From positions 1 to 39,129 of the forward strand of contig NW_021835540.1 in NCBI RefSeq assembly GCF_006345805.1: a stretch of DNA of 39,129 nucleotides, in the 5' to 3' direction. Numbering within the stretch: the first letter of the stretch is position 1; every line of letters begins with the position of its first letter. The translations under genes and the position numbers were made by a program. Source of the stretch: Octopus sinensis (taxonomy: Eukaryota). Of the stretch, positions 10,657-22,284 are shown piece by piece. Under the pieces are notes generated by a model. The model was not told the origin of the DNA, ran no database searches, and saw only the letters and a program-made list of their open reading frames with translations.

Positions 10657-10876
10657 CCTTTTTTTTGTCGTGCCAGACATGAGTAAAAGTCTTGCAATAG
10701 GAACCTGTAACTCTTCAAAGGTAAAGCTGTGTGAATAAAATGACACCCAACTGTGTAAATGTAATAAATAGCATCGTGTTGATAATGCTAAGTGGGGTGT
10801 TGTTAGGGGATAGAAGCGTTGATACGTGACGACAATAGGGGCTACTGAGCAACAATAGGGACGAGTTGTTATCGTG

Positions 10877-10915
<39 letters not shown>

Positions 10916-11240
10916 TTATATTTGTGTTGATATATATATATGTGTGTGCGTATGTGTAGGTGAAATTATTTGCATATACCTTTTGTAGGAGTCTCTGTGT
11001 GTATGTGCGAGCGCCTGTGCGCGAGTGCACCTGTGAGAGGCTGCATGTATGTATATATGTATGTATGTATATATATATTTATCTATGGATGAATATATAT
11101 ATATATATATATATAACTATGTACGTGTGTGTGCGTGTGCATGTAGATGTATGTATATGTTTATATGTATGTATGAATATATATATATATATATACATAC
11201 ACACGTGCACACATATATATATATATACATAGATACATTC

Positions 11241-11244
<4 letters not shown>

Positions 11245-11330
<86 letters not shown>

Positions 11331-11352
11331 TAATAATAACAATAATAATAAT
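11245..11352. repeat. (TAA)n microsatellite
   Basis: Direct trinucleotide repeat. Confidence 0.95.
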
Positions 11353-11517
11353 ATTCATATTTAGCAGAAGGGACAGTTACCAAGTGCCAGCGCACGGAAT
11401 TCTCGGTCTTTGAGTCACTGTTGCTTCTACTTAAATATTAATAAAACAACATTTACTTAGATTTGAGTTCTACTTTTCTTTGCATTACCAAACCTAGACA
11501 TGAATATATAATTATAC

Positions 11518-11581
<64 letters not shown>

Positions 11582-11614
11582 ATAATATATACACATACAT
11601 ACATTCATTTATTA

Positions 11615-12012
11615 TTCATTTACATGTTTCAGTTACTTGACTGCGGTCAAGCTGGAGCACCGCTTTTAGTCGAACAAATCGACCCCAGATTTTATTCTTT
11701 ACAAACTTAGTAATTATTTTATCGTGCTCTTTTACCGAACCGCTAAGTTACGGGGTGTAAACACACCAGCATTGGGTTGTCAAACGATGGTGGGGTGACA
11801 AACAGACACACAAACATATACATATATATATAACGAGCTTCTTTCAGTTTCCGTCTATCAAATTCACCCACAAGGGTTAGGTCGGTCCGCAGCTATAGTA
11901 GAAGACACTTTCTCAAGGTGCTACGCAGTGGGACTGAACCCGAAACCATATGGTTGATATACCCGGAACCATGTAGTTGATAGGCAAGCTACTTGCCATG
12001 CAGCCGCTCCTG
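11615..12012 (-). mobile_element. tRNA-derived SINE family B, diverged full-length copy
   Basis: Matches the family B organisation: tRNA head, CORE-like CACCTTGGGCAAGT segment, internal TA/TG microsatellite and 3' module ending GTAAAAGAG. Carries a small internal duplication near 11935-11985. Confidence 0.85.
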
Positions 12013-12021
12013 TACAACTAC

Positions 12022-12161
12022 TCTCAGTTTCTGATTACCAAATCTACTCAGAAGCCCAGGGCTATAGTAGAAGGCACTTGCCCAAAATAGCATGCAGGGG
12101 TTCTGAACCTGGAACCATGTGGTTGGGAAGCAAGCCTCATGTCACACAGCCACGCTGCGCC
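12022..12161 (-). mobile_element. SINE family B, 5' half
   Basis: Head ...CACACAGCCACGCTGCGCC on the plus strand, plus GCACTTGCCCAA. Confidence 0.8.
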
Positions 12162-12199
<38 letters not shown>

Positions 12200-12806
12200 A
12201 TATATACATCACGTACATATTAATAAATGTATTTATATGTATATATGCGTACATCTTTCTACGTATGTATATATATTTATTTGTATACATATATATATAT
12301 ATATACCTACCTGTTGTCTTTCTCTCCAAATATGTGTGTGTCTGTATATACGTGTGTGTGTGTGCGTGCGAGTATGTGTATGTGTGTGCCTTGAGTATAT
12401 TTGGGTATGCATATATATGTGTGCATGTACGTATTCTTGTATATTTATATATATAACATATGTGTGTGTATGTATGTACGTATGTATATATATATGCATT
12501 TATATGTGTGTATATTTTCATGTATCTTTTATTTTTCATACATTTATAATTGTATTTACTTTTATGCAAATGAATAGTTATGTGTATTATCTTTCCTTCA
12601 ATCTCAACATTTTTACGGTTCTTTTACGGTTCCCCCGTGGCCATCATTTTTCCAACTCTTTCTAAATGTTTTCATGATTTGTCAACATACATAATATATT
12701 ACCTACTTCTACAAGCGTAACAGATTTTGTAATGACATTGACTAGAATAAATAGATAAATAAATTGCACAACCAGCCGTCACTCGCGAGCGAATACATTT
12801 TGGTAG

Positions 12807-13337
12807 TATATACCATACTTCTGTATGTAACATAAGATGTAATATTGAGTCCTGTATTTCCACTATCAATGAAGCTATTTTGCTTATTTGTGAAGACGCT
12901 TGGCTCAGTAGTTAGGATGTTTGGTTCATGATCATAAGGTGTTAGGTTCAATACCTGAACTAAGCGACAGGCTGTGCCAGTGAGCAAGGCATTTTATTTT
13001 AAAATACCTGTATAATAGTGACCTGATATAAACAACTTCTTGGCCCCTGTACCTTTGACTAAAGCGAATATCCGTGTTGTTACTCGTGAAGGGAAAGAGA
13101 GCTGTACCACTCGACGGCTTTTATTCATTATAGTAAAGAAGATTTGAGCAATATGTAATAAAGTGCCTCACTCATGGCACAATCTGTCGCTTGGTTCAGG
13201 TATTGAACCTAATACCTTTTGATCATGAACCAAATATTTTAACCACTGTGCCAAGCGTCTTCACAGATAAGCAAAATAGCTTCATTGATATTGGAAACAC
13301 AGAACTTAGTATTACATCCCATGTAATATGGTATACA
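12807..13337. repeat. Inverted duplication (arms 12807-12997 and 13158-13337) containing SINE family D heads
   Basis: The arms are reverse complements; the ORF track shows near-identical peptides at 12742-12987(-) and 13191-13373(+). Confidence 0.92.
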
Positions 13338-13722
13338 GTAAATCATTTATTACACAATATATCACATATTTAATTCCATTTACTTATTGCTTAAAGACGA
13401 TCAACTGGCAGATCGATAGAGCGCCAGTTAAAATACTTTGCAGCATTTGTTCTGAATCTCTGCACTGTCAGTTCAAATATGATCGGATCAGCTTTGTCTT
13501 TCATCCTTCCTGGGTCAATAACTATAGTAGCACTGGAGTTCCTTAGATTGATGGAATTGTTCCGGTTCTTGTGTGTCCTGATTTCAAATACCACCTCTCT
13601 TCAAGCTGAAAATATTTTAGGGGATAAGTTTACCAAGTGTTGTAGCCATTATCAGCAATGGGAAGGAAAATAAGGATGACATAGCTTACCAGGTCCGACC
13701 GGAAGCTCGACTGTCATTGCTT

Positions 13723-13939
13723 TTAGACTACTATGTATAAAGATGAAAGATCCATAACCTGTCGTTGTTGTGGCTAGAATGCAATCCAAAACTTTATCAA
13801 CACCGGTTGAATCAAATAGAGGAGGAGGTCTGCTGTGGAAAGGCCTGAAATCACATTTGATCCCAGGAACATCACTGATGATGCGTCCTAGAACATGTTT
13901 GAGATGTAGCTTGAAGCTAAAAGCAGTACTATAGATATT
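13723..13939 (+). repeat. ~217-bp direct repeat, copy 1; possible 3' end of an RLE-type (HERO-like) LINE
   Basis: 16 substitutions versus 15166-15382 by hand alignment. A decayed W-K..PV.V.AR-like stretch and the GAAA..CCCAGG..CATCACTGATGATG.GTCC segment recall HERO-type 3' ends (recollection only). The duplication itself is certain; the family call is weak. Confidence 0.6.
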
Positions 13940-14356
13940 TGTTTTCTTATTACCCACAAGGGGCTAAACATAGAGGGGACAAACAAAGACAGACAAACGA
14001 ATTAAGTCGGTTACAACGACCCCAGTCTGTAACTGGTACTTAATTTATCGACCCCGAAAGGATGGAAGGCAAAGTCGAACTCGGCGGAATTTGAACTCAG
14101 AACGCAGCGGCGGACGAAATACCTATTTCTTTATTACCCACAAGGGGCTAAACACAGAGGGGACAAACAAGGACAGACATAGGTATTAAGTCGATTACAT
14201 CGACCCCAGTGCGTAACTGGTACTTAATTTATCGACCCCGAAAGAATGAAAGGCAAAGTCCACCTCGGCAGAATTTGAACTCACAACGTAACGACAGACG
14301 AAATACGGCTACGCATTTCGCCCGGCGTGCTAACGATTCTGCCAGCTCGCCGCCTT
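13940..14356 (-). mobile_element. SINE family A dimer (full unit + head-less unit) within one 17-bp TSD
   Basis: TSD GCAGTACTATAGATATT at 13923-13939 and 14357-14373; the units join at GACGAAATACC|TATTTCTTTATT (~14115-14135). Confidence 0.92.
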
Positions 14357-15165
14357 GCAGTACTATAGATATTGTCAATTTGATCATTTATCATATCTTT
14401 TCCATGTAAAAGCAGTGAGGTGACACAAACCTTAATGTGTCAGACACAAACCTTAATGTGTCCAGCTGAATTTCTTACGACTGTTTGGGATCTGAGATCA
14501 AATACCACCGGGGTCAACTTCTCATTTCATCTTCCCGGCTCGATAATATAAATTACTTGTCTAATACTGTAATTAATAGCGTTGACTAATCTCTCTTTAG
14601 AATTCTTAACCTTTTGTCTCAATCAGAAACAATTAGTCTTCATTCTCTTCGATGGGAGCTAACAAATTTTGAAATATTAGTATATCTTACCAGCGACTGA
14701 ATTAAATTGATCTAGTGTAACCTTTCTATATTACTTTCCAAGCTTACATAACAGAACAAAGTAGCAATATATCTTCAGTATATAAACGAAATAAAATAGG
14801 CTTAGGAATTTGGAACGTCACGTTGTGATATTTTATAACCATATTCGCGAATCTCCGAGAACTATCACAGTATATAGTATATTGTCCTTCACATAATAGC
14901 TCGCCGTTGTTCTACACCCTAGCGCTATGTTAAATTTAATCTAGATTTTTGATTATCTTGCAACCTTAGTTCAGCTACCTAAGCCGCTTGGATATATTCA
15001 CTTAAATGTATTATTTCAGCCATTTTATATCGAACATTATCATTCTTAATAAAATAGTGGGATTTGTACTGTGAACACTCTTAAAAAATCTAACTGCGTT
15101 TGGAGTCATTTCTGCAGTAAGATTAGCATGCGTTCTGTGACCGAATCAGCTTTAAAAAAAAACTA

Positions 15166-15382
15166 TTAGATTACTATGTATGAAGATGAAAGATCCATAA
15201 CCTGTCGCTGTTGCTGCTAGAATGCAATCCAAAACTTAATCAACGCCGGTAGAATCAAATAGAAGAGGAGGTCTGGTGTGGTAAGGCCCGAAATCACCTT
15301 TGATCCCAGGAACATCACTGATGATGCGTCCTAGAACATGTCTGAGATGTAGCTTGAAGCGAAAAGCAGTACTACAGATATT
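15166..15382 (+). repeat. ~217-bp direct repeat, copy 2
   Basis: See 13723-13939; both ends coincide with copy 1. Confidence 0.6.
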
Positions 15383-15829
15383 TCTGCAAAGATGGCTACT
15401 TCTTTCACATTAACAATTTCCATTTTCGTTTGTTTTTTTTTTTCAAATTAGTTCATTATTTTTAATTTCGCTCTAAAATAATTTTTGTGTTTTCTTTCTC
15501 GGACACCATGAAACTATCTTAGGTGGTTAGGACTCAAATTTGGCCACCGACCGCGATGTTAAAATTTAACTCTTTTTACACTGACATCTCTTCTTATCTC
15601 TTTCCGTCTCTCCTCCGCTCTCCCTCTCTCCCTCTCTCTCTCTATATATATACATATATATATATAGAAAGAGGGGGATATCTATAATATACTTGTATTT
15701 AGAATTATTTTCCTGTGTATATCTATATAAGTGCGTGTATATGTGTGGTATGTGTGTGCGCGTGTATGTGTGTGTATACTCACTTACTCACACACAGGAT
15801 CTTTGTTGAATTTACATTGCTTTGTATAT

Positions 15830-15876
<47 letters not shown>

Positions 15877-15885
15877 AAGAGAGAG

Positions 15886-15969
<84 letters not shown>

Positions 15970-16250
15970 GCACAAATATCCGTATGCAATATATGTATAT
16001 ATACATGTATAATTCCATCCATGCAGCCACACACTCACACATGCTTCAGCGAACAGGTAGGCCACTCAGATTTCAGTTATTATATTAAGACGATGCATCT
16101 ATATTTAAATTGTTGTCGATTAGGCAAGATTAAACTAGATTTGGAATACTCTAATCCCAAATCAAATGATCACGTATTCATGCTATAAACATCAGCAGCC
16201 CATTAGCATCAAACCGCATCATCATCATCATCATCATCAACATCATCATC

Positions 16251-16283
<33 letters not shown>

Positions 16284-16679
16284 GCCGTCATCATCGTCGT
16301 CGACAACGTGAACGGCAACATCAACAACTAGAACACATCCCCGCTATCATACTCGCAAAAGTATAAGTACGTATGTATGTATGTATTTATGTATGTATGT
16401 ATGTATGTATTTATGTATGTATTTATGTATGTATGTATTTATGTATGTATGTATGTATGTATGTATGTATGTATGTATGTATGTATGTATGTATGTATGT
16501 ATGGGCTGCAATCATTTATTACAAATTTGCGGTGCCACAAATTTTATTTTTCGATCACTGAAAATTTAATTTCTTTATGGAGAATCTGTTAATCTGATCT
16601 AGAAACTGTTGTCTCTCATGTGTAGATTCTGATCTGAGAAATATCTCCTTTCCACGTTAATACTATTAACACGTGCACA

Positions 16680-16730
16680 TTATTATTATTATTGTTATTG
16701 TTATTATTATTAGTATTACTATTATTACTA

Positions 16731-16769
<39 letters not shown>

Positions 16770-16877
16770 TATTATTATTAATATTATAATTATTATTACT
16801 ATTATTACTATCATTATTATTATTATTATTATGATTATTATTATTATTATTATTAATATTACTACTACTACTACTAC

Positions 16878-16908
<31 letters not shown>

Positions 16909-16969
16909 ATTATTATTATTATTATCATTATCATCATCATCATCATCATACTCATCCTCCTCATCATCA

Positions 16970-17035
<66 letters not shown>

Positions 17036-17105
17036 TCACTGCCTGAAAGCGAACTCGGAATCTTGGGTTTGGTAGCCTGCGCTCTTAACCGCCATGTAAG
17101 TGCCC
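16680..17105 (-). mobile_element. SINE family E head with an expanded (AAT)n/(GAT)n tract, inverted relative to the next copy
   Basis: 17028-17092 is the reverse complement of 17172-17237; the 3' tail of the element is absent. Confidence 0.85.
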
Positions 17106-17157
17106 GTCGAGCACTAGAGTCGATATAACCAACTAAACCCCGCTCTCCTGAACTTGT

Positions 17158-17228
17158 GGGCATATGGCGTAGTGGTTAAATGTGCGGGCTACTAACCCCA
17201 AGATTCCGAGTTCGATTTCAGGCAGTGA

Positions 17229-17270
<42 letters not shown>

Positions 17271-17425
17271 CAACAACAACATCATCGAAAAATGCCTTAG
17301 GAATGAGAACCCAGGTTCGAAATTTCCCCAAGACACCTGATGCAGGCTGGAGGGTATATCAGCCGAAACGCTGTGTTAACAACAAACAAGATGAGGACAA
17401 ATATCTGTCAAATGTAAATAATGTA
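17158..17425 (+). mobile_element. tRNA-derived SINE family E with a hammerhead-containing 3' tail
   Basis: Head GGGCATATGGCGTAGTGGTTAA (A-box), GAGTTCGATTT (B-box), internal (AAT)n(AAC)n, then a tail with a hammerhead motif. Confidence 0.8.
17332..17377 (+). ncRNA. Minimal type I hammerhead motif with two core mutations
   Basis: GACAC | CTGATGC (A9->C) A | GGCTG gagggtatat CAGCC | GAAA CG C T (U16.1->C) | GTGTT. Stems I and II are both 5 bp. Confidence 0.65.
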
Positions 17426-17568
17426 AAGAAAATCTAGATTAACAGTATGCGTTAATAGTGATTGGGTGATATTATTTATTTATTTATTTATTTATTAGAT
17501 TACAGGCTTATTGAAAATGGCTTTAAGCAGGAAATTAATTTCCCAGAGAGAAATTAATGAGATTTTAA

Positions 17569-18193
17569 CGGTAGAACACTAACCTTCAATTAAAATGACA
17601 AAACTAATAACCATGGGTACATCATACCCAATTTTGAAAAAAGAAAAAATACATTATTTATAAATATTTAATTGACTAAATTAAGAGATAGTAACTTAAG
17701 CATTTCTAGTATAATGTAACATCAATAGCAACACCAAAACGTGTTATTTTGATCTGATTATAACTTAAATTAATTATATTTGTAGGAATATATTTTTGGG
17801 GTAACTCAAAATAAGACCTTTTTTTACCTCTCGTCCCCACGGACGCCGTAGTAGCTCGAGACCAGAACCCCCTTCCAGCAGAGGCTCACATAACCTAGGA
17901 AGGCCAAGCAAAACTTTTAAAGCCACTGGGTTTGGTCTTCATAGGATATTTTTTTTTAATTCGATGAAAAGAAAATCATTTTTTAGTCAATTTTTTCATT
18001 AAGTTATAATCAGATCAAACGAAACACGTTCTGGAGTTGTTATTAATGCTACATTATAGTAGAAAGGCTTCTGTTACTATGTCTTAATTTACTCAATTAA
18101 CGATTAATAAATGTTTTTTTAAATTCAAAATCGGGTGTGATACACCTATGGTTAGTGGTTTTGTCATTTTAATTGAGGGTTAGTGTTCTAGGG
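17569..18193. mobile_element. piggyBac-type MITE with ~200-bp TIRs
   Basis: TTAA at 17565-17568 and 18194-18197. Right terminus GTTCTAGGG; left terminus CGGTAGAAC (decayed CCCTAGAAC). Arms ~17569-17770 and ~17997-18193 are diverged reverse complements. Confidence 0.75.
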
Positions 18194-18599
18194 TTAAGGA
18201 TGTTGAATGAAACACTCATGGGTGTTGAATGAAACACAAAAGAACTGAGAATCAATTGAATTTGCTTGCCTTTTCTCTTTAAATTTCAGGCCCTATGCTT
18301 GTTACAAATAAACGTAAATCGTCATAGCTGTTCTGGTTCTGCTGCTAGAATCTCGCGTGAACACTGGACTATTGTTTGACGTGAACATAATCTTTTTTTT
18401 TTTAGTGTGTGTGTGTGTGGTCTTAATACACGCTCTTTTAAAACAAATCGCTGCTGAAATATTGGATATCCTCACTGGCTGGTCGAGAGACACATCTCTG
18501 GGATTTGTTAAAACATGCCTGTGTTCACAGATGTCTACCTCAACTAGAAGCAGAACGAAAGAATACCTCGTTGTGTGACTCATAGAGTGGTGACGCTCC

Positions 18600-19470
18600 T
18601 GTTAAAAGTTACGGTCAAGAGTGACTTGCTATAAATCTTTAATCCCATAACTCTGCTGAAGCAGCTGGTAAATATTTTGGCCAAGTCACTCGTAATGAGT
18701 TCAGGTTTCTCATTAATAGTTTTGTTTGACCTGCATAAACTTTTGTGATTCCAACGACATTGCTCAGGGATATCCTCCATCTCGTTCAATTATTCGTAAA
18801 GAGAGTCGTGTCTAGATGTAGTTTTGGTGGAGCGTTGATTAATGTCGAACAGGCTAAAGTTTTCCATAACGGTAACCTGACTTCTGTGCTGAGTTTATGC
18901 AGTATTTTTTTCAGTCTTCAAAAGCTGGATCATTGGGCTGTACAGCGAGATATGGTCGGAGATGGCACTAACTGGATACCTCTCAGAACAGTTGGGCAGC
19001 TCATATTTGATCATTGTGTTTTATAACGGCATCTATTTAGTTGTGGACACTTATTACAGGATTGGTCAATGAAAATTGCTTGGGCCCATTCATTTCTGTT
19101 ACATGATATTACTCTTACATCACAAGCGTCTCCTGCGATAGATCAAGGTGTTGGAAGACATCTTACTTGAACTGAGATGCAAAATGGCCATATCAGTGAA
19201 CCTAGTTGACATACCCCTGATAATATCAAGCACTTCGAGAATCGTGCTAGTCGACAAAATGCTAACACGTGAGGTGGAAACAAGCATTTCTTAACAAGGA
19301 TAACTCAGTGGGCTTAAAGATAATTCTATGCCGGCCAGCGACGGAATAGTTTGTAACGGGAGGGAAGTCTGGTTAAGGTGCTAAGGGTTTAGTCCGCAAT
19401 ACATTCTGGTCTGGATACAAATACAAGAACTGAGGTCATTTCCAATCAAAAATGGGCTGAGCGTAAACTG
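18600..19470 (-). pseudogene. Heavily decayed APE endonuclease region of a non-LTR retrotransposon
   Basis: Minus-strand motifs occur in the expected order across frameshifts: CIQT (QET-like, ~19410), YKLFRR (~19350), IAGD (19128-19139), HN*IDAVI (19031-19045; HNQIDYI-like) and SDH (18952-18960). Boundaries are approximate. Confidence 0.5.
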
Positions 19471-20359
19471 TCCGAAGGAAACGAATTCATCACCTTTATA
19501 TTCTTTTAGTGTCAGACTGCTTCACGCCATATTTGAAAGTCTGTTATTTTTCCTCGTGAAATGGTGGAACGGACGAGTCGATGTGACCATAAATAACCAC
19601 ATGGCACCAGAATTTCACGGCTGTTGCTAGTGTTTCTGTACTTTTTGTTGTTGTTTCTGCTGTCAGTTCATTAGATATTTTCGGGAGTTTATTATTTTTT
19701 TTTTGTCGTTTTTCTCGAAGCCAACTTTGATCTTTTGGCCAATCATTCTACGGCAAGTAAGATGCAAATGTAGGAAAATATACGATTGCTATTTCCATAG
19801 CAGGTCAAGTCCAAGTAACCAAGTACATATAAGCACACACAAACACACATGAACAAATACACGCACGCACATACACACAGACGTTCTCATTGCCTTTGTG
19901 AACAACGCGTGTTATGTTATACAGTTCGATGTCACGCTGTTTGGTTGTTGCTTAAACAAACATAAAACGGAGTGAACTGTTTTTGATGTTCAAACTCTTT
20001 AGAATAATAAATCAAACATTTAAATTACATTAGTTGATATCAAATGATATTTATACAGACTGAAAGCTTTATAATTTATCATTTTTACATCAGAAGAAGG
20101 GAAGTAAACATGAGAGACAGAGAGAGAAGGCGTAATTTAAATATAACAAGATTAATAAATTTATAAATGTATTCTATAAATATTATGTAAACGAATACAA
20201 ATTCACAAAGGAATGACGTAAAATAAAAAATTCAATGAATGTTGAAATGACAGAAACGAAGAAAAGAAAGAAACGGTGGAAGATAGGAAGAATGGAAGAA
20301 AGGATGAAAGGAAGAATGAAGAGAGAGAACAAATGAAACGAAAGGAAAACAACTTAATA

Positions 20360-20389
20360 TACATAAATATATATATATTATATATATAT

Positions 20390-20422
<33 letters not shown>

Positions 20423-20580
20423 GTATGTATATATATATATAAGTATATATATATATATGTACATATATATATATGTATATTTATATGTATACATACATAC
20501 ATAAATAAATATATAATAGACATATATATATTATATATATATAATATATATTATATATATATATATATATCATATATATT

Positions 20581-20614
<34 letters not shown>

Positions 20615-20740
20615 TCATACATATATATATATATATTATATATATATATATATACATATATATATACATATAATATATATATACATATATATCTATACAT
20701 ATAATATATATATATATATTACACATATATACATACATAC
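20360..20740. repeat. Long imperfect (TA)n tract
   Basis: Direct. Comparable tracts lie at 6002-6230, 35380-35610 and 38770-38845. Confidence 0.95.
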
Positions 20741-21034
20741 ACCACTATAAATACATTACACTCATACACTCACATACGCACGCACATGTGCGCGAGCGCA
20801 AACATACTCAAGTGTATGTATTGTTAAGTGCCACCATTGAAACAAATCTGAACATTTCCACTCTGCTTCATGTTATTAACTACTTCAACGAGTATTTATC
20901 AAAACCGTATATTTCTGCGTGCGCATGCGTATGTGTGTGTGTGCGCGTGCGTGTGTATAATAACTGAGCCGTAATTGATTATCAATGAATTTCTCTTCGA
21001 TTTTAGCTTAGATTTCGCCTTCATATGCATACAC

Positions 21035-21470
21035 TTTACTCTCTTTTACTCTTTTACTTGTTTCAGTCATTTGACTGCGGCCATGCTGGAGCACCGCCTT
21101 TAGTCGAGCAAATCGACCCCGGCACTTATTCTTTTGTAAGCCCAGTACTTATTCTATTGGTCTCTTTTGCCGAACCGCTAAGTGACGGGAACGTAAACAC
21201 ACCAGCATCGGTTGTCAAGCAATGCGAGGGAGACAAAGACAGACACACAAACAAATACACACACACACACACACACACATACATATATACATATATATAC
21301 ATATATACGACAGGCTTCTTTCAGTTTCCGTCTACCAAATCCACTCACAAGGCATTGGTCGGCCCGGGGCTGGAGCAGAAGACCCTTGTCCAAGATGCCA
21401 CACAGTGGGACTGAACCCGGAACCATGTGGTTGGTAAACAAGCTACTTCCCACACAGCCACTCCTGCGCC
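21035..21470 (-). mobile_element. SINE family B, full-length
   Basis: Head GGCGCAGGAGTGGCTGTGTGG, B-box GGTTCAGTCCC and 3' GTAAAAGAG repeats; possible TSD TATGCAT. Confidence 0.93.
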
Positions 21471-21555
21471 TATGCATGTATATTATCCGTGTAATAATCT
21501 CTGTATTCGTCTTGCATATTGCACGATTCACTGTTATGAATGCTTAAGTAACCTT

Positions 21556-21811
21556 GGAGTGGCTGTGTGGTAAGTAACTTGCTTACCAACCACATCACAC
21601 CGCGTGGCACCTTGGGCAAGTGTCTTCTACTATAGCCTCGGACCGACCAAAGCCTTGTGAGTGGATTTGGTAGACGGAAACTGAAAGAAGCCAGTTGTAT
21701 ATATGTATATATATGTATATATATATATATTGTATATATATATTATTATATTATATATATATACTATATCATACATATTAATATATTATAATATATATAT
21801 ATGTATATATC

Positions 21812-21851
<40 letters not shown>

Positions 21852-22130
21852 TATATATATATATGTATATATACACACAACCACACACACATATATAATA
21901 TTGTACGTGTATGTATATGTTTGTGTGTCCGTGTTTGTCCCCTCAACATCGCTTGACAACCGATCCAGGTGTGTTTATGTCCCCGTAACTTAGCGGTTTG
22001 GCAAAAGATACCGATAGAATAAGTACTAGGCTTACAAAGAATATGTCCTGGAGTCGGTTTGCTCGACTAAAGGCGGTGCTACAGCATGGCCGCAGTCAAA
22101 TGACTGAAAGAAGTAAAAGAGTAAAAGAGA
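21556..22130 (+). mobile_element. SINE family B lacking the B-box segment, with an expanded TA tract
   Basis: CCACAT|CACACCGCGTGG where other copies have GGTTCCGGGTTCAGTCCCAC; the rest matches the family. Confidence 0.9.
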
Positions 22131-22284
22131 GAGTAACTAGACACCCGACCACTGAGGGAGCTGCTACATATTCTTCGCCAACTAAAAACAGCAGAGAAAT
22201 CCTTTACAAATCACACCCTACTGTTTGAATGAGAGGGGGGGGGCGAGAAAAAAGGAAAAACCATTGTAGGCAGAGAGATATATC

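Noticed and set aside
13847-13881. Type II hammerhead in the 217-bp repeat (GAAA-TCA-loop-TGA-TC ... CTGATGA; also 15290-15324)
   Set aside because: Helix III and both core halves are present in both copies, but the 12 nt between C17 and C3 (CCAGGAACATCA) cannot form stem I, stem II is irregular, and CATCA/TGATG would sequester the core.
14422-14462. 21-bp tandem duplication with an internal GACACA/TGTGTC hairpin; also a 15-bp repeat at ~18201-18238
   Set aside because: Only two units each, consistent with ordinary slippage.
21025-21547. Recurrent peptides such as RRASFSFRLPNPLTRLWSARGYSRRHL across many ORFs
   Set aside because: They are translations of SINE family B copies, not a gene family.
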